Assembly (NCBI GenBank): GCA_963806485.1
Contig: CAWDXY010000001.1
Location: 192,599 to 256,598, forward strand
Direction of reading: 5' to 3'
DNA from: an uncultured delta proteobacterium
GTDB taxonomy: Bacteria > Desulfobacterota > Binatia > Binatales > Binataceae
Length of the DNA stretch: 64,000 nt
A program made the position numbers and the translations under genes. The notes below the pieces were generated by a model. That model was not told the origin of the DNA. It was given only the letters and a program-made list of their open reading frames with translations, and ran no database searches. This document shows, one piece after another, positions 22,197-34,036 of this stretch (position 1 is its first letter; each line of letters opens with the position of its first letter).

Positions 22197-23117
22197 ATGA
22201 ACAAGAAAGTTGAAGCTGGCAAGCCGCTGACCACTCAACCCTCGATCACCCTCGCTCAACTGATGAAACAGTTCAGCGATGAAACCGCGTGCAAAACGCT
22301 GTTGCGCGATCTTCGCTGGCCGGATGGCGTCCAGTGTCCGCGTTGCAAGAACAAGCAGGTTTACACGCTCAAGTCGCGTCCGTTCCATTGGGTCTGCAAG
22401 GTCTGCGGCGGGCGCAACGGCTACCGATTCAGCGTCATCACCAAGACGATTTTCGAGAATACGAACTATCCGCTTTCGACTTGGTTTCAGGTCATCTACC
22501 TGATGACTCAAAGCAAGAAGGGAATCAGCGCCCTTCAAATCCATCGGCAGATTGGATCGGGCGACTACCGCACGGCGTGGTACATGGTGATGCGTATTCG
22601 CGCCGCGATGAAGGATGACGGACTGGCTAAGCTGCTCGGCACGGTCGAGATTGACGAAACCTACGTTGGCGGGAAAGAGAAAAATCGTCATTGGGATAAA
22701 AAGCAGGGCGGACGCGGCACCGCTGGCAAGATTCCGGTTATCGGTGCGATCTCCCGCAAGGGCAACGTAGTCTGCAAAATGATTGAACAGACCGATACCG
22801 AAACACTGACTCGATTCGTCCGCGATACCGTGAGCGACAAAGTGAATTTGGTCGCGACCGATGAGCACTCCGGCTATCGCTATCTCAAGTGGGCGATGCC
22901 GCATGAAGTGGTCAAGCACAGCGAGAATCAGTACGTTCGCGGTGAGGTCCATACGAACAACATCGAATCGTTCTGGTCGCTCTTGAAGCGTGGCGTGGTC
23001 GGCACCTACCACAACGTGAGCAAGAAATATCTGCCGCTGTATCTCGCGGAGTTTCAGTATCGGTTCAACAATCGCGACAACAAGAATATTTTCTTCGACG
23101 TGATAGCAGGATGCTGA
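22197..23117 (+). CDS. IS1595 family (ISXO2-like) DDE transposase
   Basis: RWPDGVQCPRC...CKVC zinc ribbon, KKGISALQI HTH, VEIDETYVGG, ATDE..GY, HTNNIESFWS.LKR, YLAEFQYRFNNR. Confidence 0.96.
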   Translation: MNKKVEAGKPLTTQPSITLAQLMKQFSDETACKTLLRDLRWPDGVQCPRCKNKQVYTLKSRPFHWVCKVCGGRNGYRFSVITKTIFENTNYPLSTWFQVIYLMTQSKKGISALQIHRQIGSGDYRTAWYMVMRIRAAMKDDGLAKLLGTVEIDETYVGGKEKNRHWDKKQGGRGTAGKIPVIGAISRKGNVVCKMIEQTDTETLTRFVRDTVSDKVNLVATDEHSGYRYLKWAMPHEVVKHSENQYVRGEVHTNNIESFWSLLKRGVVGTYHNVSKKYLPLYLAEFQYRFNNRDNKNIFFDVIAGC

Positions 23118-23217
23118 GGTCAGCCCGCTGGCGGAAGCCTCAGCCAGATAAGGCCAGTCACCTGATTGTGGACAGGGGCGGACAATTCCGATTGCCGTTC
23201 CCGCGAAGGGTAGTACT

Positions 23218-23367
23218 ATGCCGAAAGCGAAGCCCATTTCACTCCATCCGCTAACTTTCCATGAAGCGCTCAAGCACCTGGTTCGCGTTGATCCTGATAG
23301 CGTCGGCATTACTTCTAAGCGGCGTAAAAAGCCCAAGCGCAGCATCAAATCAAACAAGGAACGATGA
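23218..23367 (+). CDS. Small basic protein (49 aa) downstream of the transposase, below the ORF-track cutoff
   Basis: MPKAKPISLHPLTFHEALKHLVRVDPDSVGITSKRRKKPKRSIKSNKER*; recalled as resembling short ORFs that follow IS1595 transposases (not verified). Confidence 0.5.
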   Translation: MPKAKPISLHPLTFHEALKHLVRVDPDSVGITSKRRKKPKRSIKSNKER

Positions 23368-24211
23368 ACATCAACGCCAGCCCGCAGAACAAAAAGACAA
23401 AACCCAAGAGCAACAGATCGTACTCGTACCATCCCCTGCGTACCAAGCCGCAATTCTCGAAGCGCTCCGCGCCATAGTGAACGAAGAGGTTTCCCGCCAA
23501 AAACAAGAGCACGCCGACTATAAACGCTGGAATACTCCAACCTTCTGGTTCGGCACGATCGGACTTCTCGTAGTCGGCGCTCTCTATACGTTCTTCGCTG
23601 GTTGGCAGTTGGTCGTAATCCGTCGCCAACACAAAATGTTCATGCTCAGCCAGCGGGCGCAAGTAATTCTCGGACGCACAGATGGGAAGCTGATGGAGTT
23701 GATTCCACCAAAAGTGGGCGAACGATTGATGGTTAAAATGCTCTTCCTGAACAGCGGTGGCGTAGCCGCCGAACAATTCTTCGTTCACAGCATGATTACT
23801 GTTCTCGCTGGAATGCCAGCGGGTATGACACAGGGCAAATCTATGCAACCACAACCTTGGCGTCAGTGGGTCGAGCACGGACTTTCCCGTTGGGGCGCGG
23901 CTCCAATTGCCGCCAATGCGCTGCGAATAGAAATTGCGTATTCGCAGAACCAATTGACGCACGACGACATCATGTACAACTTTGAGGCCGGACGACACGT
24001 AGCGGTTAGTGGCAAGTTCCAATATTTTGATGGTTTCGGACAGCCTGAATATCGGACGTTTAGTGCTCACTACTCCCCTGAGTTGGGCGATTTTGTCGAG
24101 GCCACCGAAGTCTGGGAACAAGGTGGCTATTCGCTCAACCCGAAGAAGCTGGGGTTCGGGATGACCTCCATCGCGCCCAAAGAAACCAACGAGGCCAAGC
24201 AGCGCAAATAG
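23261..24211 (+). CDS. IS passenger: hypothetical membrane protein
   Basis: Signal-like N-terminus and TM segment WFGTIGLLVVGALYTFFAGWQL; lies within the TIRs. Confidence 0.65.
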   Translation: MKRSSTWFALILIASALLLSGVKSPSAASNQTRNDEHQRQPAEQKDKTQEQQIVLVPSPAYQAAILEALRAIVNEEVSRQKQEHADYKRWNTPTFWFGTIGLLVVGALYTFFAGWQLVVIRRQHKMFMLSQRAQVILGRTDGKLMELIPPKVGERLMVKMLFLNSGGVAAEQFFVHSMITVLAGMPAGMTQGKSMQPQPWRQWVEHGLSRWGAAPIAANALRIEIAYSQNQLTHDDIMYNFEAGRHVAVSGKFQYFDGFGQPEYRTFSAHYSPELGDFVEATEVWEQGGYSLNPKKLGFGMTSIAPKETNEAKQRK

Positions 24212-24234
24212 AAGTGCGAACGACCCAGAAAACA

Positions 24235-24906
24235 TTAAAGACGCTCCTTACCGCAGAGTCGTAAAAATAGATTGTCTAAGCTGGCCTTTGCGTCTTGCTG
24301 TACTAGTTGAGCCCGACCGACATCGTCATACGCCATCTTTTGGTCGTTTGAGTTGTATGGCGAACGAGGTATAGCCTTACCCGGATCGTTCGGAGCTGGT
24401 TGTGTCACTAGATAGTACCTGTCCCATGCGGCAGATAACAAAACGTTGGCGTTGTCTAATATTTCCTGCGCTTTTGCGATGTCGATAAAGTCTTGTTCGC
24501 GAAGTGGCTGAGGTTCTACCGGTGTGGAAATCGGTGTAGCAGCAGGGGCGCGTAATCGAGTGTTTTCAGCCCTGAGCCGTGAGTTGTCGTGTTTTAGCGA
24601 TTCGTTCTGTCGTTGCAAAGCCAGATCGATAGCTGATGGCGTAGATTTAGAAACTGGCGATGCTGCCACTAACATCGGGGCTGACACATCTGGAGACCGA
24701 AAAACAATTGGCGAACGCCATTCCACAGGTGCGAAGAAAATCAGCGATGCTACACCGCTGATGAACAGCAATGCAGCAACGCCGCCCCAAGCACCTTTCG
24801 CGCGTTTAGTTTGAGGTGGCCACACCGTAATGAAAATCCCGACAGCCAGACCGATAGCCGTAGCTGCAAATCCCGCAACGAGTGTGAACATAGGCAATGA
24901 CCTCAA
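24235..24906 (-). CDS. IS passenger: hypothetical two-TM protein with a coiled coil
   Basis: Two hydrophobic helices, then LQRQNESLKHDNSRLRAENTRLR; convergent with 23261-24211. Confidence 0.6.
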   Translation of the reverse strand: MRSLPMFTLVAGFAATAIGLAVGIFITVWPPQTKRAKGAWGGVAALLFISGVASLIFFAPVEWRSPIVFRSPDVSAPMLVAASPVSKSTPSAIDLALQRQNESLKHDNSRLRAENTRLRAPAATPISTPVEPQPLREQDFIDIAKAQEILDNANVLLSAAWDRYYLVTQPAPNDPGKAIPRSPYNSNDQKMAYDDVGRAQLVQQDAKASLDNLFLRLCGKERL

Positions 24907-25204
24907 TGTGCGCGCTGACCGGAGGCTTGAGCAGGTCGTCGCTGCCCCCCGCCAGCGACACTGATCCCCTTGTTTCCCCTGTAAATAGAGTAGCGCCAGC
25001 GACGCGGAAAGAGGACCGATCCGTGCGCTGGCGCTGGACTTTAGAACACCGGCCTGTCACCCATAACGTGCCCGCAGGCAGGTCGGGTGTCAAGCCCAAC
25101 ATAATCCCCCTCGGGAAGGGGTTAGGGGTTAGGTTCCTCTCCTCACCCAAACTTCTAACAGGGACGAAGTCCCGCATCCCGCGGCGGTGCCGATTCTCTT
25201 TTCA

Positions 25205-25261
25205 CTGGGTGCAGGGGTCACCCCTGCCCAAGGAAGCGTGAAACCCACGGCGGGTTTCACA
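25205..25261. repeat. Double-hairpin palindromic repeat (family A), copy 2 (inverted)
   Basis: First 30 nt identical to the reverse complement of 3796-3825; second hairpin shows compensatory changes. Confidence 0.8.
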
Positions 25262-25271
25262 TACAATCAAG

Positions 25272-25307
25272 TTCCTCCGCGCGGGAAGGGATTAGGGGTT
25301 AGGTTCC
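25272..25307. repeat. Degenerate REP copy
   Basis: ttcctccgcgcgggaagggattaggggttaggttcc; same family as 20407 and 20580. Confidence 0.7.
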
Positions 25308-25367
25308 CCGCACCGCCGCAGTCAAATTTGCTCGATGCACCCGTTCTTGCCAGAATCGATTACCACG

Positions 25368-27449
25368 ATGCCCGAAATCCCCGAGAAACCTCAGGACCTC
25401 TTCGAAATCAAGGGCGTGCTGACCAAGTTCATGCGGATGCTGTTTCCGCTTGAGTTCCGCATCGACTCGCTCGCGAACAGCGGCCCGATGCTGCCGTTTC
25501 ACTACCCGCTGCTGCCCGGCGAAATGATCTATCTACCCGAGAAGCTCGAGCCGTTCGGCACTCGCGGCGACGCCTACATTTATTATTTCGTGACCACCGC
25601 CCATCTGGCGGCGCGCCACGACTTCGGCACCTTCAAGCTCAAGCTAGCCGACATCGCGGGTTTCGAAGAGCGCGGCGAGACCGGCGTCGAGGCGATCGAC
25701 AGCTTCGTCGCGTCGTTCGACGACCCCGGTCTCGCCGGCGCCCTGATGCGGCTGGCGGAGTCGGCGCGCATCGACGCCGAACTTGCACGGCGTTATCGTG
25801 GACTCGCGCCGCGCATCGCGGGACTCAATCGCTCGCTCCTTGCGCGGCTCCATCCCGAGTCGCTCAGCACGATGCTGGTGCGGGCGGCGCTCGATCTCGA
25901 GGCGACCGGCGAAGCGCTCGACTCCCCGTTGGTGCTGATGGCGGCGCATCATTTCGCGCCCGTTCGTGAGCGCGGCGCCGACGTGATGACCAGCGTCCGC
26001 CAGGTCGGCGCGCTCTACAATTGGCTCCAGGAGCTGATTCGGCAGGCGCGCGAACGCGGCGAAGGCGATCCGCTCACCGAAGAAGAAGCGGAGCGCATGC
26101 GCAACGACCTGATCAAAGGAATGAAAGGCTCTGAATCGCAGACCGCGAGCGAAGGCGAAGACGGCGAGAATGGCGACGGCGGCGGCGAGCCCGATCAGAA
26201 CGTGCAGATGGACGTCTCGGGCAAGCAATCCAAGGGCGGACAGGGCCGGGCGCTCTCGCCCGAGGAATTGCGCAAGCTCATCGAGCAGGGCGCCGAGATC
26301 AAACCCTCGCAAGGCGACGGCAGCGCCGAGGGCGACGGCATGTACCTGACCCAGCTGACCAACAAGCAGCTAAGCGAGCTCGAGCAGATGCGCGAGCAGC
26401 TCGGCGAAGTCGGCTCCGTCACCGGGCAGGGACGCCTGATGATCGGCCGTGGGCGCCAGGACTCGTACTATGCGTACGACGAATGGGATTACGTGCTGAA
26501 CGACTACCGCCGCAACTGGTGCCGGCTGCGCGAAATTCCGCTGACCGGCGACGAGGGCGATTTCTACGAGAACACGCTGCTCCGTTACGCCGAGATGCTG
26601 CCCGGCGTGCGCCGCAACTTCCAGCGCATCCGGCCAGCCTCATATCGAATGGTCCGCGGGCTCGAGGACGGCGAGGAAATCGACCTCGACCGCACTATCG
26701 AGGCGCGAGTGGCGCGCCTGATGGGCGAGACCCCCGACGGCCGCTTCTACAAGGCTCGCAAGAAAGAAGCGCGCGACGTCGCCACTCTGTTCCTGCTCGA
26801 CATGTCGGCCTCGACCGACGAGCCCGTGCATCGCGAGCCGCGCAAGCATACCGATGACGACGACGCCGACGATTGGATGAAGGCATGGCAGCGCCGCCCG
26901 CAAACCGCCAATCGTCCGCGCCGCATCATCGACGTGAACAAGGAAGCGCTGGTCATCATGGCGCAGGCGCTCGAGGAAATCGGCGACGCCTACGCAATCA
27001 TGGGCTTCTCCGGACACGGCCGCGACAACGTCGAGTTCTACGTCATCAAGGAATTCGATCAGGAATTGAGCGACGAGGTGAAAGCGCGCATCGGTTCGGT
27101 CGAGCCCAAGCGCTCAACCCGGATGGGCGCGGCGATTCGCCACGTGCGCGAGAAATTCAAGGACGTCTCCTCGCGCGCCAAGCACATGATCCTGCTGAGC
27201 GACGGCTTCCCGCAGGATTTCGACTACGGCCACGACCGCCGCTCGAACGCCTACGGCATCCAGGACACGATGGTCGCGCTCAAGGAACTCGAGCTCGCCG
27301 GCGTCCTGCCATTCTGCATAACGGTGGACAAAACCGGCCACGACTACCTGCGCCAGATGTGCCAGTCCTCGCGCTACCTGGTAATCGAGGACATAGCCTC
27401 CCTACCGCGCCAGCTACCAAAAATCTACGAGCAAGTAATCCGCTGGTAA
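25368..27449 (+). CDS. NorD/CbbO-like von Willebrand factor A protein
   Basis: YDEWDY...YR.NWC, DGEEIDLD, MIDAS DMSAS, TRMGAAIRH, LLSDGFPQD, PFCITVD, LP.IY; alternative start at 25335. Confidence 0.88.
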   Translation: MPEIPEKPQDLFEIKGVLTKFMRMLFPLEFRIDSLANSGPMLPFHYPLLPGEMIYLPEKLEPFGTRGDAYIYYFVTTAHLAARHDFGTFKLKLADIAGFEERGETGVEAIDSFVASFDDPGLAGALMRLAESARIDAELARRYRGLAPRIAGLNRSLLARLHPESLSTMLVRAALDLEATGEALDSPLVLMAAHHFAPVRERGADVMTSVRQVGALYNWLQELIRQARERGEGDPLTEEEAERMRNDLIKGMKGSESQTASEGEDGENGDGGGEPDQNVQMDVSGKQSKGGQGRALSPEELRKLIEQGAEIKPSQGDGSAEGDGMYLTQLTNKQLSELEQMREQLGEVGSVTGQGRLMIGRGRQDSYYAYDEWDYVLNDYRRNWCRLREIPLTGDEGDFYENTLLRYAEMLPGVRRNFQRIRPASYRMVRGLEDGEEIDLDRTIEARVARLMGETPDGRFYKARKKEARDVATLFLLDMSASTDEPVHREPRKHTDDDDADDWMKAWQRRPQTANRPRRIIDVNKEALVIMAQALEEIGDAYAIMGFSGHGRDNVEFYVIKEFDQELSDEVKARIGSVEPKRSTRMGAAIRHVREKFKDVSSRAKHMILLSDGFPQDFDYGHDRRSNAYGIQDTMVALKELELAGVLPFCITVDKTGHDYLRQMCQSSRYLVIEDIASLPRQLPKIYEQVIRW

Positions 27450-27457
27450 TTTCTGTC

Positions 27458-27493
27458 TCCTCTCCCTGTAAGGGAGAGGATGAAGGTGAGGGT
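27458..27493. repeat. REP-like palindrome between convergent genes
   Basis: tcctctccctgtaagggagaggatgaaggtgagggt. Confidence 0.7.
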
Positions 27494-27775
27494 CCGATTA
27501 CAGCGCACATTTTTCGCGCGCGATTCAAGATTCTGCTCTTTGCGGCTCTCTTGTCGACGACTCCTCACCTGACAACCGTTGTCACCAGCATCTGCCACAA
27601 TACAAGGTATGAACGCTTCCAGCACTCCTTCGATCGAATCGCTTTGCCAATGTGTTCCCTCGAGCGTGCGCACTCACCGAACGGAAGAGCGAGGAGAAAG
27701 TGCAGGAGAAGACGGAATTCGACAAACTGTCAAAATTTCTCGGTTTAGAACAATGTTACCGTTCCACGAGTCCAG

Positions 27776-31342
<3,567 letters not shown>

Positions 31343-31346
31343 GCGC

Positions 31347-31682
31347 TTATCTCTTGAGGGGCTGCTCGATCTCAAACGTCAGAGCTCCCGGCCCTTTGAC
31401 GTAAGCGGCGCGCGAGCCGTACGGCTTGTCTTCGGGCGCGCTCACGGTCTCCGCGCCACGCGCGACGACACGATCATAGTCGCGATTGCAATCGTCGCTG
31501 ACAAATCCGACCGTTGCGCGAGAGTCGTGTTGCTCCGCGTCCACGAACAGCTCGAATTGGCCGACTGTGAAAATCGCCATCTGAGGAATCTGGAAGACCG
31601 GCTTGAGCTCCCACACCCGCTCGAGCCAGCCGACGGCCGCCGGCAGATCGCGAACGCCCACATGAACGTGATTTGCTTTCAT
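31347..31682 (-). CDS. VOC/glyoxalase family protein
   Basis: HVHVGVRD...PEDKPYGSRAAYVKGPG..FEI. Confidence 0.85.
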   Translation of the reverse strand: MKANHVHVGVRDLPAAVGWLERVWELKPVFQIPQMAIFTVGQFELFVDAEQHDSRATVGFVSDDCNRDYDRVVARGAETVSAPEDKPYGSRAAYVKGPGALTFEIEQPLKR

Positions 31683-31709
31683 ACCGTGAACCTCCCTTGG
31701 CATCTGATA

Positions 31710-32414
31710 TCAGCCGAGGTACCGCACTGGAAGCGCTCTTTCGACTACCGCGCCCTTGATGAGCTCGACGCGCATCGCGCGCGCCTTCCGACGCGAAGAA
31801 ACGACTTCCTCGAGCCGCCTTCCGGCGAAATGCGCCGCCGCGCCGTCATCGAGCGCGAGCGTCGGCGGAAAGCCGCGCTTGATCAATCGCATCAAGGCCG
31901 GTCGCCGCTCCTTTTCGCCGTCGTAATGCGGACAGCACGCACCGCGCACGAATCCGAGACCATCGTTGAGGCCGCGAAACGGCATGCCGAACGAATCCGT
32001 CAGGCCGTCTTCGAACCAGCAAATCGCGCCCGCGCTGATTCCCGCCATCACGACGCCCGCGTTCCACGCCGCGCGCAGGGCCCTGTCGAGTCCATGCAAG
32101 CGCCACACTGCGAGCAGGTTCGCGGTGCTGCCGCCGCCCACATAGATAACGTCCTGATCAATCGCGAACGATTTGAGGTCGCGGACTGTTCGGTCGAAGA
32201 ACGTAAGATGAGTCGCGGCCGCGCGCGACGGCGGAAATGCTTCGTGGAAGCGCCGGATGTAGTAATCGCTGTCGCCGCTCGCGGTTCCGACGAAGCATAC
32301 GCGCGGACGGCGCCTGCGCCGCGCCAGGCTCAACACAAAATCGTCGAGCTTTGGATTGCGCGGCTCCATCGAGAATCCGCCGCCGCCCATCGCAACGATA
32401 TGCCGCTCCGCCAT
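31710..32414 (-). CDS. Peptidase E (S51 family)
   Basis: FVGTASGD, YVGGGSTANLL, GISAGAICWF, CPHYD. Confidence 0.9.
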   Translation of the reverse strand: MAERHIVAMGGGGFSMEPRNPKLDDFVLSLARRRRRPRVCFVGTASGDSDYYIRRFHEAFPPSRAAATHLTFFDRTVRDLKSFAIDQDVIYVGGGSTANLLAVWRLHGLDRALRAAWNAGVVMAGISAGAICWFEDGLTDSFGMPFRGLNDGLGFVRGACCPHYDGEKERRPALMRLIKRGFPPTLALDDGAAAHFAGRRLEEVVSSRRKARAMRVELIKGAVVERALPVRYLG

Positions 32415-32559
32415 GCGCAATTCAGTACTCGATCAACTTTGCACTCGCGATCGCGCGCGAGTTTGAATTACTATGCAACATGGAAGTGAGAGTTATATTA
32501 AAGTAGTTTGGCGCGAACGGCTGATCCAGAACGTGCTTTCTGTCGGGGGAGGCAGAATC

Positions 32560-34035
32560 ATGAGGATCATAAAATGCGGGGTGGTTGCGTCACTACTAGT
32601 CAGCGTCATTGCTGTGGGTCTGGCCGGCGCTGCGGAACACAAGCTGGGAATCGCGCCAAAGTCTCTGTCCTTTGGCAAGGTTCAGGTAGGCACGGTCTCC
32701 GACCCCAAGTCCGTCACGATATCCAACCCTAACAGCACTTCGGTCAACATCACGTCGATCACTCCGAGCGGCCCCTACGCGGTCAGCGGCAATACCTGCG
32801 TCTCGCCGCTTGCAGCGAAGCCGGCAAACTGTACGGTATCGGTGACATTCAATCCAACCAGCGCTTCCAAATCCAAGGGGACTAAAGAAGCCGGCAAACT
32901 CTCCATCACGGATGAAGCCGACAAAAGTCCGCAAGTGGTGAAGCTGATGGGGATTGCATTTGGCAGCGCCGCGTCGCCAACACCAACCGCGACGCCGACA
33001 GCAACCGCCACGCCGACGATGACCGCGACGCCGACCGCAACCCCGACCCCATCGCAGGGAGGGCTGCCGGTCGCGATTTTCACGACCAATGAAAGTGACG
33101 AAGTGGTCTCATACCCGGCGGGCGGCAAGGGCAACGTTGCGCCCTCCACCACCATCGGCGGTGCAAATACCGGCCTCGAGGTGCCAGTCCAGCTCGCACT
33201 GGATTCAAGCGGAAACATCTATGTGGCGAACTCGGTTGGCGGGCCGGTGCTCGGAGAGCTTGGGAACGGCAGCATGACGGTCTATCCGGCCGGCAGCAAC
33301 GGCGATATCGATGCCAGCGCGACGATCGCCGGCGCCAGCACGGGCCTGAAGGACTCGATCGGCATCGCAGTGGATTCCACCGGACAGATTTACGTGACGA
33401 ACTACGGCGGAGGTCCCGAAGGCATCGGCAGCCTTACCGTCTATGCCGCCGGCAGCAACAACGACGCTGCGCCAACCGCGATCATTACCGGCAGCACCGT
33501 TGGCGACGGCAACGCCGGACTTAAGCTGCCCAGTGCCGTTGCGGTGGATTCGCACGGGAAGATTTATGTGGCGAACGAGAGCGGCGGACCCAGCGGCAAT
33601 GGCAGCGTCACTGTCTATGCCGCCGGCAGCAGCGGCAAAGCCACGCCAATCGCCACTATCACGGGCAGCACCGATGGCGACAACAACGCCGGACTTGAGA
33701 CCCCGCTCGGCATCGTAGTGGATTCGAGCGGGACGATTTATGTGGCGAACCAGAGCAACAGCGTTACCATCTATGCGGCCGGCAGCGACGGCAACGTCAC
33801 GCCAACCACGACCATTGCCGGCGCCAATACATTGCTCGATGTCCCCAACGGCATCGCGGTGGATTCAAAGGGAAACATCTATGTGACGAATGCCGAAGAC
33901 GATCAAACGGACTTCCCGACCGGCGTAATCACGGTCTATCCGCCCGGCAGCAATGGCGATGTCGCTCCCATCGTTACCATAGGCGGCGACTCGGACAATG
34001 TGAACTTCCCGATCGGTATCGCGGTCAAGCCGTAG
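32560..34035 (+). CDS. Secreted protein: Ig-like (choice-of-anchor D-like) domain, PT-rich linker, NHL-like repeats
   Basis: Signal peptide; SLSFGKVQVG...CTVSVTFNP; (TPTA)n linker; about five repeats of GIAVDS.G.IYV.N...SVTVYAAGS.G...P..TI.G. Confidence 0.82.
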   Translation: MRIIKCGVVASLLVSVIAVGLAGAAEHKLGIAPKSLSFGKVQVGTVSDPKSVTISNPNSTSVNITSITPSGPYAVSGNTCVSPLAAKPANCTVSVTFNPTSASKSKGTKEAGKLSITDEADKSPQVVKLMGIAFGSAASPTPTATPTATATPTMTATPTATPTPSQGGLPVAIFTTNESDEVVSYPAGGKGNVAPSTTIGGANTGLEVPVQLALDSSGNIYVANSVGGPVLGELGNGSMTVYPAGSNGDIDASATIAGASTGLKDSIGIAVDSTGQIYVTNYGGGPEGIGSLTVYAAGSNNDAAPTAIITGSTVGDGNAGLKLPSAVAVDSHGKIYVANESGGPSGNGSVTVYAAGSSGKATPIATITGSTDGDNNAGLETPLGIVVDSSGTIYVANQSNSVTIYAAGSDGNVTPTTTIAGANTLLDVPNGIAVDSKGNIYVTNAEDDQTDFPTGVITVYPPGSNGDVAPIVTIGGDSDNVNFPIGIAVKP

Positions 34036-34036
34036 C

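Larger units (their letters stand above)
22146..25109 (+). mobile_element. IS1595-family insertion sequence with passenger genes (2964 bp)
   Basis: Perfect 23-bp TIRs ggggattatgttgggcttgacac (22146-22168) and gtgtcaagcccaacataatcccc (25087-25109); 8-bp TSD ctcgggaa (22138-22145 and 25110-25117); encodes an IS1595 transposase. Confidence 0.95.

Noticed and set aside
21990-23540. 516-aa minus-strand ORF across the IS left end
   Set aside because: Antisense to the transposase and runs through the TIR into the REP; not a credible gene
27500-27775. Short ORFs between the VWA gene and gpmI
   Set aside because: No motif or convincing start; they overlap a REP or the end of gpmI
32977-33051. acgccgacc-like tandem repeats
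   Set aside because: They simply encode the Thr/Pro/Ala linker of the secreted protein
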